DNA from: a bacterium
GTDB lineage: Bacteria > UBA8248
Length of the DNA: 64,000 nt
Direction of reading: 5' to 3'
Assembly (NCBI GenBank): GCA_965213685.1
Contig: CBDBZY010000043.1
Coordinates: 1 to 64,000, forward strand
Positions 40,959-54,136 of the stretch are shown here, piece after piece (the stretch's first letter is position 1; every line of letters starts with the position of its first letter). The notes beneath the pieces were generated by a model. That model searched no databases. It had not been told where the DNA came from and saw only the letters and a list, made by a program, of their open reading frames with translations. The translations under genes and the position numbers were made by a program.

Positions 40959-41954
40959 CTAGAGCCGCATGAGCCGCGCCGGCGTCGCCCGCAGAATCTT
41001 CTCCTGCGCATCCTCGGCGAGCCCCGCCCCCTCCACGAAATCCACCACGCGCTCCTGCATCATGTCGTAGGGGTAGTCCGTGCCGCAGACGACGCGGTCC
41101 GCGCCCACCTCCCCGACCAGCCACCGCAGGGCGGAGGCGTTGAAGGTGATGACGTCGAAATAGAGGTTCCGGAGATAATGCCGCGGCGGGTGCGGCGTGA
41201 GGGCGCGCGTCTCGGGCCGCGCCTCCCAGCAGTGCTGGATGCGGCCCATCGCCCAGGGGAGGTTTCCGCCGGCGTGGGCGAGCAGCACCTCGAGCTTCGG
41301 GTAGCGCTCGAAATGGCCCGAGAGGATGAGCCGCGCCGCGGCGACGGTGGTGGCCAGCGGGTTGCCGACGCAGTTCGCCATGTAGAAGGGGTAGAGCGGC
41401 TTGAAGTCCGCGAAGTCGGGGTGGATGAACACCAGGGCGCCGCGCCTTTCCGCCTCCGCCCAGAACTCCTCGTACTGCGGCTCGTCGAGCGCGTGGGCGC
41501 CGATGCGGTCGGAGATGATGCAGCCGAGCAGCCCCTCCCCCATCGCGCGCGCCAGCTCGGCCGCTGCCGCCTCGCCCCCGTTCTGCATCGGGAGGTTGCA
41601 CAGCCCCCGGAAGTTCCCGGCGTTTTGCTTGCAGAAATCGGCGACGCCTTCGTTCTGCGCGCGGATGATCTCCTCGCCCGCGCGTCCGCCTATCCAGTAG
41701 TAGAAGGTGGGCGGCGGCGGGGAGGCCAGCGCCATGTCGAGGCGGTCCGCCCGCATGTCGCTCAGCTTGCGGGAGACGTCGGCGAGCTGCGCCCCCCACC
41801 TCTCCCGCGTCATCCTGGCGTTGTATTCCGAGGACACCGGCGGGAAGAAACCCTCGAAGCTGTCGGCGTGGTGGGGACGGCACGCGCGATGCTCGGCTGC
41901 GAGCGCCTCCGCCTCCGGGATGTAGATGTGGTGGTGCAGGTCGATGTTGGGCAA
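40959..41954 (-). CDS. Amidohydrolase_2 family protein
   Basis: 'IDLHHH', 'VFIHP', 'AHAGG', 'GTDYPY'. Confidence 0.88.
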   Translation of the reverse strand: MPNIDLHHHIYIPEAEALAAEHRACRPHHADSFEGFFPPVSSEYNARMTRERWGAQLADVSRKLSDMRADRLDMALASPPPPTFYYWIGGRAGEEIIRAQNEGVADFCKQNAGNFRGLCNLPMQNGGEAAAAELARAMGEGLLGCIISDRIGAHALDEPQYEEFWAEAERRGALVFIHPDFADFKPLYPFYMANCVGNPLATTVAAARLILSGHFERYPKLEVLLAHAGGNLPWAMGRIQHCWEARPETRALTPHPPRHYLRNLYFDVITFNASALRWLVGEVGADRVVCGTDYPYDMMQERVVDFVEGAGLAEDAQEKILRATPARLMRL

Positions 41955-42025
41955 GGGGACTTCCCTCCGTGGGGGTTTTCCTAGTCTCTCGGCTCCGCGC
42001 CGTCTGCCGGCGGTCTTCGGGCGAG

Positions 42026-42103
42026 AGAGTAGATTCTGAAGCCTCTGGCGTCAATCCGCATTCGTCCGCGCCGATTGACGCCTCCGTTGCGGAGTGCGAA
42101 ACT
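42026..42103. promoter_or_regulatory. Back-to-back divergent sigma70 promoters
   Basis: Minus strand TTGACG-N17-TACTCT; plus strand TTGACG-N17-GAAACT; the -35 boxes form the inverted repeat GGCGTCAATC/GATTGACGCC. Confidence 0.55.
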
Positions 42104-42254
42104 CCCCCGGGTGCCGCGTCCCGCACGATCAGGGGACTGAAACGCGCGAGGAAGCCCGCGCACCTGAGAGGGAGACAAGAGGGGGGAGGCGCACCCCTCG
42201 CAATGGCGTCTCCGCCTGGCCCGCCCATGAGAGTCTCCGGCCCGGGGCGATGGC

Positions 42255-42608
42255 GTGGAGGATGGAACGCTGGCGAATCATGAGGACGCTCCTCCGTTGC
42301 CGCGCTCGTATGAGGGACTGCGCACGCTGCAGGCCGAGTTCGCGCGGTATCAGGCGGCGGCGTTTCCGGAGCGGGAGCCCCGGTTTTTCGCCCTGGAGCT
42401 GGCGGGCGAGACGGGCGAGCTCGCGAATCTGGAGAAGAAGGAATGGAAGGGCCGCGCCATCGAGGCGGCGGCCTATACAGACGAGGCGGCGGATGTCATG
42501 ATCGCCGTGATGAACTACGCCAACGCGCGGGGGATTGACCTGGGCGCTGCCGTCTCCGAGAAGATGGCGGCCATCGAGCGCGCGAGAAGGCGGACGCCGG
42601 AGAGATAG
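42255..42608 (+). CDS. MazG-like nucleotide pyrophosphohydrolase
   Basis: 'LAGETGELAN..KK...EAADV' all-alpha NTP-PPase motif; 'GIDL..AV.EKM'. Confidence 0.8.
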   Translation: MEDGTLANHEDAPPLPRSYEGLRTLQAEFARYQAAAFPEREPRFFALELAGETGELANLEKKEWKGRAIEAAAYTDEAADVMIAVMNYANARGIDLGAAVSEKMAAIERARRRTPER

Positions 42609-42674
42609 GCCGCCGGATGCGGAATCGTCCTCCCGAGCGGAGCGGACGAAGCGGATCAGAAAGGATGAAACCCG

Positions 42675-43484
42675 ATGTCAGGCCTCCCGACCGAGCCTGC
42701 CCGCCTCGCCGACGTGCAGGCGGGTTCCGATGAGCGCAACGTCAAGATAGACAAGGTGGGCGTCAAGAACATCCGCTATCCCATCGTGGTGAAGGACAGG
42801 GCGAAGGAGGCCCAGCACACCATCGGCACCATCAACATGTATGTGGACCTGCCGCACCACTTCAAGGGCACCCACATGAGCCGCTTCCTGGAGGTGCTGA
42901 ACGAGCACACCGACGCCATCGGCGTGGACGGCGTGCCGCTGATATTGCAGACGATTCGCGAACGCCTCGACGCGCAGACGGCCCACTTCTCGGTGTCGTT
43001 CCCCTACTTCATGGAGAAGACGGCCCCGGTGACGGGCGCCGAGGGACTCATGGCGCTCGAGTGCGGCTTCGACGCCTCGGCGGGCGCGGTGGACGACTTC
43101 ATCCTGAGCATCATGGTTCGCATCGCCACGCTGTGTCCCTGCTCGAAGGAGATCAGCCTGCGCGGTGCGCACAACCAGAGGGGCCATGTGCGGATTCGGG
43201 TGCGCTTCAACGGGGAGTTCTGGATAGAGGAGCTCGTGGAGATAGCCGAGAGTGCGGGCAGCTGCGCGCTGTATCCGATACTCAAGCGCGAGGACGAGAA
43301 GTTCGTCACCGAGACGGCTTTTGACAACCCCCGCTTCGTGGAGGACGTGGTGCGCGAGGCGGCCCTTCTGCTCCGGAGCGACAAGCGCATCACCTGGTTT
43401 CAGGTGGAGGTGGAGAACTTTGAATCCATCCACGACCACAACGCCTACGCCTTCATCGAGGAGACGGTGCGCGGCGCGGAATAG
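42675..43484 (+). CDS. folE2: GTP cyclohydrolase IB
   Basis: 'KGTHMSRF', '[10 protein letters not shown]', 'GAHNQR', '[10 protein letters not shown]', 'ESIH.HNA'. Confidence 0.96.
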   Translation: MSGLPTEPARLADVQAGSDERNVKIDKVGVKNIRYPIVVKDRAKEAQHTIGTINMYVDLPHHFKGTHMSRFLEVLNEHTDAIGVDGVPLILQTIRERLDAQTAHFSVSFPYFMEKTAPVTGAEGLMALECGFDASAGAVDDFILSIMVRIATLCPCSKEISLRGAHNQRGHVRIRVRFNGEFWIEELVEIAESAGSCALYPILKREDEKFVTETAFDNPRFVEDVVREAALLLRSDKRITWFQVEVENFESIHDHNAYAFIEETVRGAE

Positions 43485-43624
43485 CCCGTTTCCCGCTTTT
43501 TCGCCATTCTCCGAGAATCCCGCCGGCTGAATACCGCGCCTTTCTCCCTGCGCGGAGATCGCATATAACCGCTTGCGCGCGGGATGGGCCTTTTCCACCA
43601 TCTGATTGGGGACGATGTATCGAG

Positions 43625-47392
<3,768 letters not shown>

Positions 47393-47545
47393 TGCGCGCG
47401 CCCGCATCGGGACAAGCGGAGGCGCTCCCTCCCTTCGCTCCGTTGACCGCCCGGTGTGGCGCGCCTAGATTGCGAGGCGCGAAATCCCGCCCGAGTGGAC
47501 GTGGGTTGCGTTTCTGAGAGGGCGGGTGCTGCTCGCCCGCGGCAT

Positions 47546-47630
47546 GCGAGGGTGGCGGAACTGGCAGACGCGCTGGATTTAGGTTCCAGTGCCTTCGGGC
47601 GTGGGGGTTCGAGTCCCCCCCTTCGCACCA
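47546..47630 (+). tRNA. tRNA-Leu(TAG)
   Basis: Cloverleaf with anticodon arm CTGGA-TTTAGGT-TCCAG, long variable arm, GGTTCGAGTCC T-arm, CCA end. Confidence 0.97.
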
Positions 47631-47852
47631 GATGCGATTTCCCCCGCTTTTCGAGAGAATTGTCTATGGGGCTGGCGCGCTTCGCGCCGCCCGGTTCCTT
47701 CGCGCACCCCTGCGCCGCCATCCGGGCCCGGTTGGATATTTCCCCCGCCTCCTCCGCTTTCCCGATGCACCGCTTTCCCGAGCAACCGGTCGCCGTCATT
47801 AAATTCTTCACTGGATTATTTTCCACATATCGAATTTTATCGTGAAATACTA

Positions 47853-47880
47853 TTGACATACAAAAAATAAGACGTATATT
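47853..47880 (+). promoter_or_regulatory. Near-consensus sigma70 promoter of the island
   Basis: TTGACA-N16-TATATT, with the ATG at 47888 only 7 nt after the -10 box. Confidence 0.75.
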
Positions 47881-47887
47881 TGTGTAT

Positions 47888-48109
47888 ATGAAAAATCCAG
47901 AGGATAAGAGAGAACGCTTCAAACGATTGGCGTCCCAGCGAACCAACGCCGTGTTGCAGAAGCTCAAGGTGTTGGGAAACTGCGCGAACCGCAGTGCGTA
48001 CGAATATACGGAGGAAGACGTTCACAAGATTTTCTCGGAGATTGAGCGGCGGATAAGGGAGACAAAATCGAAATTTCATTTTCCGCATAACAAGAGGTTC
48101 AAGTTATGA
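47888..48109 (+). CDS. Small basic helical protein, putative regulator of the island
   Basis: 73 aa 'KRERFKRLASQRTN.....LGN.ANRSAYEYTEEDV.KIF'; stop overlaps the next start (ATGA). Confidence 0.75.
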   Translation: MKNPEDKRERFKRLASQRTNAVLQKLKVLGNCANRSAYEYTEEDVHKIFSEIERRIRETKSKFHFPHNKRFKL

Positions 48110-50481
48110 CAGGCGATGATATGAGAATGAGAGATTTTGCCCTCTCCCTGGCACGGGCGGACGAGGAAAAGGAAGTCGTGCGCATCCTGAAAAAATGGGG
48201 ATATTGGGATAACGGGGACGCCTGGCAAGAATACGGGGGCAATTCCATGAATTTCTCTACCATTTCAAACCAAGCGTCCGGTGCCGACCACGCTTTGGTG
48301 GAAAAACTGATCAATTCGGTTGACGCCGTATTGATGAGAGAATGTGGGAGAAGAGGCATCAAGCCGGACGGCCCGGACGCCCCGGAGAGCATCGCCGAAG
48401 CGCAAAGAGAATTCTTCCGCATTCCCAACGGCAAGCTGTCGAGAATTGACGCAAGACAAAGAAGTACGCTTGCGGAAAACATTTGCCTCGTGGCCACCGG
48501 AGCCACCGGACGCAAAAGCAGGCCTTCGTTCTCCATCATAGACAAAGGAGAGGGGCAAACGCCGGATGATGTTCCCGAGACGATATTGTCCCTGACGAAA
48601 GACAACAAGATCAGGATTCCGTTCGTCCAGGGCAAGTTCGGAATGGGCGGGAGCGGCGCATTGAGATTTTGCAGTTCCGAGCACCACCTGCAGCTTCTGA
48701 TTTCCAGGTGCGATCCGAAGATCGGGAGTGGGAACCCTGCGAAAGCGCATTGGGGCGTGACAGTCATCAGGCGGGAAGACCCCGAAGAGGGCATGCGCAG
48801 TTCGCATTACACCTACTTGGCGCCAAAAGGGAGAGTATTGCGTTTTGCGGCGCCGGCATTGCCCCTTTTGCCAAAATCGTACCCGGAGGCGCTCGGCGCC
48901 CCGCTGGAATCGGGCACCTATGTCAAACTGTATGAATATGAGATAGCACAACGTACTTTGATTACTCTTGATTTGTATTATCGTCTCGCCCTTCTCATGC
49001 CTGACGTGGCTTTGCCCATCCGGATGATGGAACGACGGAAGGGCTACAAAGGCCATTCTCTCGAGAATACGCTTGCGGGTTTGAGCGTGCGTCTGGATGA
49101 GGACAGAAGCGAAAATCTCGAGCCCGAGTTCCAAACGCCCGGGACGGGAAAAATGGTCATTGAGGGGAATGAATTTGATTACGCCATTTATGTCTTCAAA
49201 AAGGGAAAGAAGGCAAATTACGCGAGGAGCGAAGGAGTTGGTTTTTCCGTGAATGGCCAGGCTCATGGATTTTTGAGAAAGGCGTTTTTCGAGCGCAAAG
49301 CCGTGGGAATGTCGTATCTATCCGATAGCATCCTGGTCCTGGTGGACTGCTCGAAAATATCCAGGAAGATGCAGGAGAAATTGTTTATGCCCAGTCGAGA
49401 CAGACTGGCGCAGACCCCATTTCTCCGTAAGATCGAAGAAGAACTGGAGAGCATCCTCAAAAACCACAACGGCCTCAAGGCGTTGCGAAATAGACGCCGC
49501 CAGGAAGAAGTGGGCAACAAGTTGAAGGATTCCAAACCACTTGCTGATCTGTTGACAGAGATTATTCAAAAGTCCTCGGCGCTCTCGAACTTCCTTCAGC
49601 CCGGCAAGAGGGTGCCAAACCCTCACAAGCCGAAAGATGTGGGGATAACAGAAGAATTTTGGGGGAAGGAATTTCCAACGTTCTTTGTGCCGGCTAAGGC
49701 GGCGAGAAAATACACAGAGGAAACCCCAAAGGGTTGCCCGCGCAACCGTAGGTGCCAAGTTCAATATGAGACGGACGCGGAAAACGACTATTTCGATCGG
49801 GATGGCGACCCGGGAGAATTCAGGTTGAAATCAAACGGGTACGAAATACGGGACTACTCTTTGAACCTGTGGAATGGATTGGCCACTTTGCAAATAAATC
49901 TGCCGTCGGACGTAGAAATCGGCGATTTGCGGCGCTTTGAAACAGAAGTAGATGATATAAACCGGGTAGAGCCTTTTTCGAATGCGTTCTGGATCCGGGT
50001 AGAAAAAGAAAGTCAAACGAACGGCTCCGGCGGGGGCAGAAAAAAGCCGCCAGGCGAAGCGAAAGGCAAGGATCGGCAAAAAGAATCCGGTCTCGCGCTG
50101 CCTCGGGTTAGAGAAATCAGGCGGGATGAGTGGGCTGAACATGATTTCTATCGGGACAGCGCCCTGAAGGTCGTGGATGCCGGGGAAGAAAACGGATATG
50201 ATTTTTTCATCAACATGGACAACGTATATCTACAGACGGAAATGAAAGCGGGAGGCAAGACCGAGCCGCAGATACTGGAGGAAAGGTATAAGGCCGGAAT
50301 GGTTCTGCTGGGCATGTCCCTTCTTGGTGCCGATGCAAAGGATGGCGCAGGCAAGCATAACGGCTCGGACCCGAATGAAAATGGTTTGTCCGTGTATGAT
50401 CGCATCTTCGAATTCACGAAAGCAGCATCTCCCGTCCTGCTCCCGATTGCGTCGCTGGGCAGCCTGGGGTCCGAGACGTAG
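48106..50481 (+). CDS. Large GHKL (Hsp90/MutL/MORC-like) ATPase protein
   Basis: Bergerat motifs 'EKLINSVDA', 'IIDKGEGQ', 'GKFGMGG', 'GTYVKL'; long unassigned C-terminal region. Confidence 0.8.
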   Translation: MTGDDMRMRDFALSLARADEEKEVVRILKKWGYWDNGDAWQEYGGNSMNFSTISNQASGADHALVEKLINSVDAVLMRECGRRGIKPDGPDAPESIAEAQREFFRIPNGKLSRIDARQRSTLAENICLVATGATGRKSRPSFSIIDKGEGQTPDDVPETILSLTKDNKIRIPFVQGKFGMGGSGALRFCSSEHHLQLLISRCDPKIGSGNPAKAHWGVTVIRREDPEEGMRSSHYTYLAPKGRVLRFAAPALPLLPKSYPEALGAPLESGTYVKLYEYEIAQRTLITLDLYYRLALLMPDVALPIRMMERRKGYKGHSLENTLAGLSVRLDEDRSENLEPEFQTPGTGKMVIEGNEFDYAIYVFKKGKKANYARSEGVGFSVNGQAHGFLRKAFFERKAVGMSYLSDSILVLVDCSKISRKMQEKLFMPSRDRLAQTPFLRKIEEELESILKNHNGLKALRNRRRQEEVGNKLKDSKPLADLLTEIIQKSSALSNFLQPGKRVPNPHKPKDVGITEEFWGKEFPTFFVPAKAARKYTEETPKGCPRNRRCQVQYETDAENDYFDRDGDPGEFRLKSNGYEIRDYSLNLWNGLATLQINLPSDVEIGDLRRFETEVDDINRVEPFSNAFWIRVEKESQTNGSGGGRKKPPGEAKGKDRQKESGLALPRVREIRRDEWAEHDFYRDSALKVVDAGEENGYDFFINMDNVYLQTEMKAGGKTEPQILEERYKAGMVLLGMSLLGADAKDGAGKHNGSDPNENGLSVYDRIFEFTKAASPVLLPIASLGSLGSET

Positions 50482-50561
50482 CCGCTTCTCCCTATACAAC
50501 GCACCGCGCCTGTGTTTTTATGGCGTGACGCTGTGGTTTTTCTGATCTTGGAGAGTGAGAA

Positions 50562-51936
50562 ATGCCCGGTACCGTGAGCGACATCGACGCCTGCACGAAG
50601 CGCCTGGAGGTCGCCGTCCCGCGCGCGGAAGTCGCCCGGGAGATGGAGCGCGCCTACAGGCGCCTCTCGGGGCGCGTGCGGATGAAGGGCTTCCGGAAGG
50701 GGAAAATCCCCCGCCGCGTGCTCGAGCGATACTACGGCGAGGAGGTGCAGGCGGATGTTCTGGACCGCGTGATATCCGCCTCCTGCCGCCAGATGCTGGC
50801 GGATGGGGGAATGCGCCCGGTGGGCGAGCCCAACGTGACCGACATCGAGATGGAGGACGACTCGCCCGCGCTGACCTACAAGGCGACGGTGGAGGTCATC
50901 CCCCCCTTCGAGCTGGGCGCATACACGGGGCTTTCGGTGCGGGTCCACCGCCATCCGGTGACGGAGGAGATGGTCGACGCGCAGATCGAGGCGCTCCGGC
51001 AGCGGGCCGCCGCGTTCGAGGACGTGGACAGGCCGGCCCGCGAGGGAGACCACGTGCTTTTCGACATCGAGGGCTTCGAGGGCGGCGCGGCCGTGCCCGG
51101 CACCCGGGAGGAGAACCAGGCGCTCCTGATCGGGGGCGAGGGCGGCGAGAAGGCGCTGAGCGACGCGCTCGTCGGGATGCGGGGCGGGGAGGAGAAGGAG
51201 ATCGACGTCGAGGTTCCGGCGAACGCCGCCCCCCATGTGGCGGGCAAAACCCTGACGTTCCGGCTTCATCCCAAGGTGGTGAAGGAGGCGCATCCGCCCG
51301 CACTGGACGAGGAGTTTGTCAAGTCTCTGGGACGCGGCTACGCGAGCGTGGCGGACTTGCGGGCGGACGTGGCGCGGGAGATGGAGTCCATGGAGGACGC
51401 CAACGCGCGGAACCAGGGCATATCCGAGTTGATGAGCGCGCTGGTCGAAGCGCATCCGTTCGATGTCCCGCCCACGCTGGTGCGGGCGGAGGCGGATGAG
51501 CAGATTCGCGAATACGAGCGCCGCCTGCGGCAGGAGAACCCCGACGTCCAGCTCTCTGAATCCAGAGTGGAGGAGTTGCGCGAGGAGGCGCGGCCCCCGG
51601 GCGGAGGAGCGGGTGCGGCGGCTCATCATCGTGGAGCGCATCCGCGAGGCGGAGGAGATCGAGGCGAGCGAGGAGGAGGTGCGGGCGCAAATCGGCGTCT
51701 CGGCCGCGCGCTACGGCATGACGCCCGAGAAGCTCCGCGAGCGGATGGTGACGACCGGGGCGATGGCGTCGCTCGTCTCCAACATCAACTACAACAAGAC
51801 AGTGGGTTGGCTCTATGAGCGGGCCAACGTGGAGTTCGACGTTCACGACGCCGCCGACCACGAAGCCCGTTCCCGCGCCCCGAGGGGGGATGCGGGCGAG
51901 GGGCGCCCGGACGGCGGGACGAAAGGGGATGGATAG
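50562..51936 (+). CDS. tig: Trigger factor (frameshift near 51596)
   Basis: 'GFRKGKIP' signature, FKBP domain; C-terminus continues in the frame ending at 51936. Confidence 0.93.
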
Positions 51937-51939
51937 ACA

Positions 51940-52586
51940 GTGGCTCTCGTACCCATGGTGGTGGAACAGACGAATCGAGGCGAGCGGGCGTATGACATCT
52001 ACAGCCGCCTGCTCAAGGAGCGAATCATCTTTCTGGGCACGGCGATAGACGACAACATCGCGAACCTCGTGACGGCCCAGCTGCTCTTCTTGGAGGCGGA
52101 GGAGCCCGACCGGGACATCGCCATGTACGTCAACAGCCCGGGCGGGGCCGTGACGGCCGGCCTGGCCATTTACGACACGATGCAGTACATCAACCCCGAC
52201 GTCTCGACCATCTGCATCGGCCAGGCGGCGAGCATGGGCGCGCGCTCCTGCTGACGGCGGGGGCCAAGGGCAAGCGCTACGCCCTGCCGAACTCGCGCAT
52301 CCTGATTCACCAGCCCTTGGGCGGCGTGCAGGGCCAGGCGAGCGACATCGACATCCAGGCGCGCGAGATTCTTCGCGTGCGCGAGGAGCTCAACGAGATC
52401 CTCTCGAAACACACCGGCCAGCCCATCGAGAAGATCGAAAAGGACACGGATCGTGATAATTTCATGACGGCGGAGCAGGCGAGGGGGTACGGTCTGCTCG
52501 ACGACGTCATCGTCTCGCGCTCGGATTCTTCGGGCGGCAGGCCGGGCGGCGATGACGGGAAGAACGAGGAGAACAACGGCTCCTAG
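51940..52586 (+). CDS. clpP: ATP-dependent Clp protease proteolytic subunit (frameshift near 52242)
   Basis: '[14 protein letters not shown]', 'NSPGG', 'AASMG', then '[12 protein letters not shown]' and 'DTDRDNFM' in the shifted frame. Confidence 0.96.
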
Positions 52587-52637
52587 CGGGGCGCCGGTCT
52601 CTCCCGGAAAGCGCCCTTCTTCGAGGGAGGATGTGGG

Positions 52638-53879
52638 ATGACGAAGCGGGCCTCCACCAGAAAAGACGCTCTGCGCTGTTCGTTCTGCGGGAAAAGCCAG
52701 GAGGAGGTGAAGAAGCTCATCGCGGGCCCCCACGTGTATATTTGCGACGAGTGCGTGGATCTGTGCAACGAGATCATGGCGGAGGAGTGGAGCGAGGAGC
52801 GCAAGCGCGAGGCGAAATCCCTCCTGAAGCCCACCGAGATCAAGGCGATCCTCGATGAGCACATCGTCGGGCAGGAGAAGGCGAAAAAATCGCTCTCCGT
52901 CGCCGTCTACAACCACTACCGCCGCGTGGACGCGCAGGTCGACCTGCACGACGTGGAGCTGCAAAAGAGCAACATCCTGCTCATCGGCCCCACCGGTTCG
53001 GGCAAGACGCTCATGGCCCAGACCCTGGCGCGCCTGCTCGACGTGCCTTTCGCCATCGTTGACGCCACCACCCTCACGGAGGCGGGCTACGTGGGCGAGG
53101 ACGTGGAGAACATCATCCTTAAGCTCCTGCAGGCGGCCGATTTCGACGTGGAGAAGGCCGAGCGGGGCATCATCTACATCGACGAGATCGACAAGATCAG
53201 CCGAAAGAGCGAGAACCCCTCCATCACCCGGGACGTCTCGGGCGAGGGCGTGCAGCAGGCCCTGCTCAAGATCATCGAGGGAACGGTGGCCAACGTGCCG
53301 CCCCAGGGCGGGCGCAAGCACCCGCACCAGGAGTTCCTGCGCGTCGACACCGCCAACATCCTGTTTATCGGCGGCGGGGCGTTCGTGGGCCTCGACGCCA
53401 TCATCAAGCGGCGGGTGGGGCGGAAGGGAATCGGGTTCGAGGCGAGCCTCCACAGCGCCGAGGACGAATCGCTGAGCGAGCTGCTCGCCCAGGTGGACCC
53501 CGAGGATTTGCTGAAATACGGCCTGATCCCCGAGTTCGTGGGCCGCCTTCCCGTCGTGGCCACCCTCGACGACCTCGACGAGGAGGCGCTGGTGAGCATA
53601 CTGACCAAGCCGAGGAACGCCCTCGTGAAGCAGTACCGCAAGCTGGTCGAGTTCGAGAACGTCTCCCTGACGTTCACCGAGGACGCCCTCGCCGCCATCG
53701 CCGCCAGGGCGTTCGAGCGCAACACGGGCGCGCGCGGCCTGCGCTCCATCATAGAGGATTTGATGCTGGACACGATGTATGAGCTGCCGGGCATGGTCGG
53801 CGTCCAGGAGATCATCATCAACGAAAACGTGGTCTATCAAAAGGAGCGGCCCCTGCTGGTCTATGAGAAGGCGAGCTAA
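52638..53879 (+). CDS. clpX: ATP-dependent Clp protease ATP-binding subunit
   Basis: 'CSFCGK...ICDECV' zinc finger, 'GPTGSGKT', '[13 protein letters not shown]', IGF loop. Confidence 0.99.
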   Translation: MTKRASTRKDALRCSFCGKSQEEVKKLIAGPHVYICDECVDLCNEIMAEEWSEERKREAKSLLKPTEIKAILDEHIVGQEKAKKSLSVAVYNHYRRVDAQVDLHDVELQKSNILLIGPTGSGKTLMAQTLARLLDVPFAIVDATTLTEAGYVGEDVENIILKLLQAADFDVEKAERGIIYIDEIDKISRKSENPSITRDVSGEGVQQALLKIIEGTVANVPPQGGRKHPHQEFLRVDTANILFIGGGAFVGLDAIIKRRVGRKGIGFEASLHSAEDESLSELLAQVDPEDLLKYGLIPEFVGRLPVVATLDDLDEEALVSILTKPRNALVKQYRKLVEFENVSLTFTEDALAAIAARAFERNTGARGLRSIIEDLMLDTMYELPGMVGVQEIIINENVVYQKERPLLVYEKAS

Positions 53880-53919
53880 CGCCCCCCCCCTGCCGCCTCC
53901 TCCCGGCGGGGGCGCGTTG

Positions 53920-53948
53920 TTGACAACGCAAGGGGCGCTCCCTATCAT
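53920..53948 (+). promoter_or_regulatory. sigma70 promoter for tRNA-Val/thrS
   Basis: TTGACA-N17-TATCAT. Confidence 0.75.
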
Positions 53949-53964
53949 TTCAGGACACAAACGA

Positions 53965-54039
53965 AGGCGCGTAGCTCAGGGGGAGAGCGCTTGCTTGACA
54001 CGCAAGAGGTCGGCGGTTCAAAACCGCCCGCGCCTACCA
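53965..54039 (+). tRNA. tRNA-Val(GAC)
   Basis: Cloverleaf; anticodon arm CTTGC-TTGACAC-GCAAG; CCA end. Confidence 0.96.
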
Positions 54040-54136
54040 TGACGGAATGAACGATGGGGCGCCGCGCCGCCGCATCATGCGCACGATCATGAGGTGAATC
54101 GCCAGAGGAGCTTGCGGCACCAGCAAACGCCCGCCT

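Larger units (their letters stand above)
47790..50490. mobile_element. Low-GC two-gene insertion between tRNA-Leu and tig (no integrase seen)
   Basis: Abrupt shift to A/T-rich codons relative to the flanks; interrupts the commonly conserved tRNA-Leu-tig-clpP-clpX order; boundaries approximate. Confidence 0.65.

Noticed and set aside
43485-43624. SAM or cobalamin riboswitch upstream of metH
   Set aside because: No recognisable consensus elements in the 140-nt gap
47631-50560. attL/attR duplication of the tRNA-Leu 3' end or an integrase around the island
   Set aside because: Only short CGCACC-type matches were found; no convincing direct repeat or recombinase
52252-52254. TGA ending the first clpP ORF ('ARSC*') as possible selenocysteine
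   Set aside because: It is out of frame after an indel; conserved ClpP sequence continues in another frame and there is no redox motif
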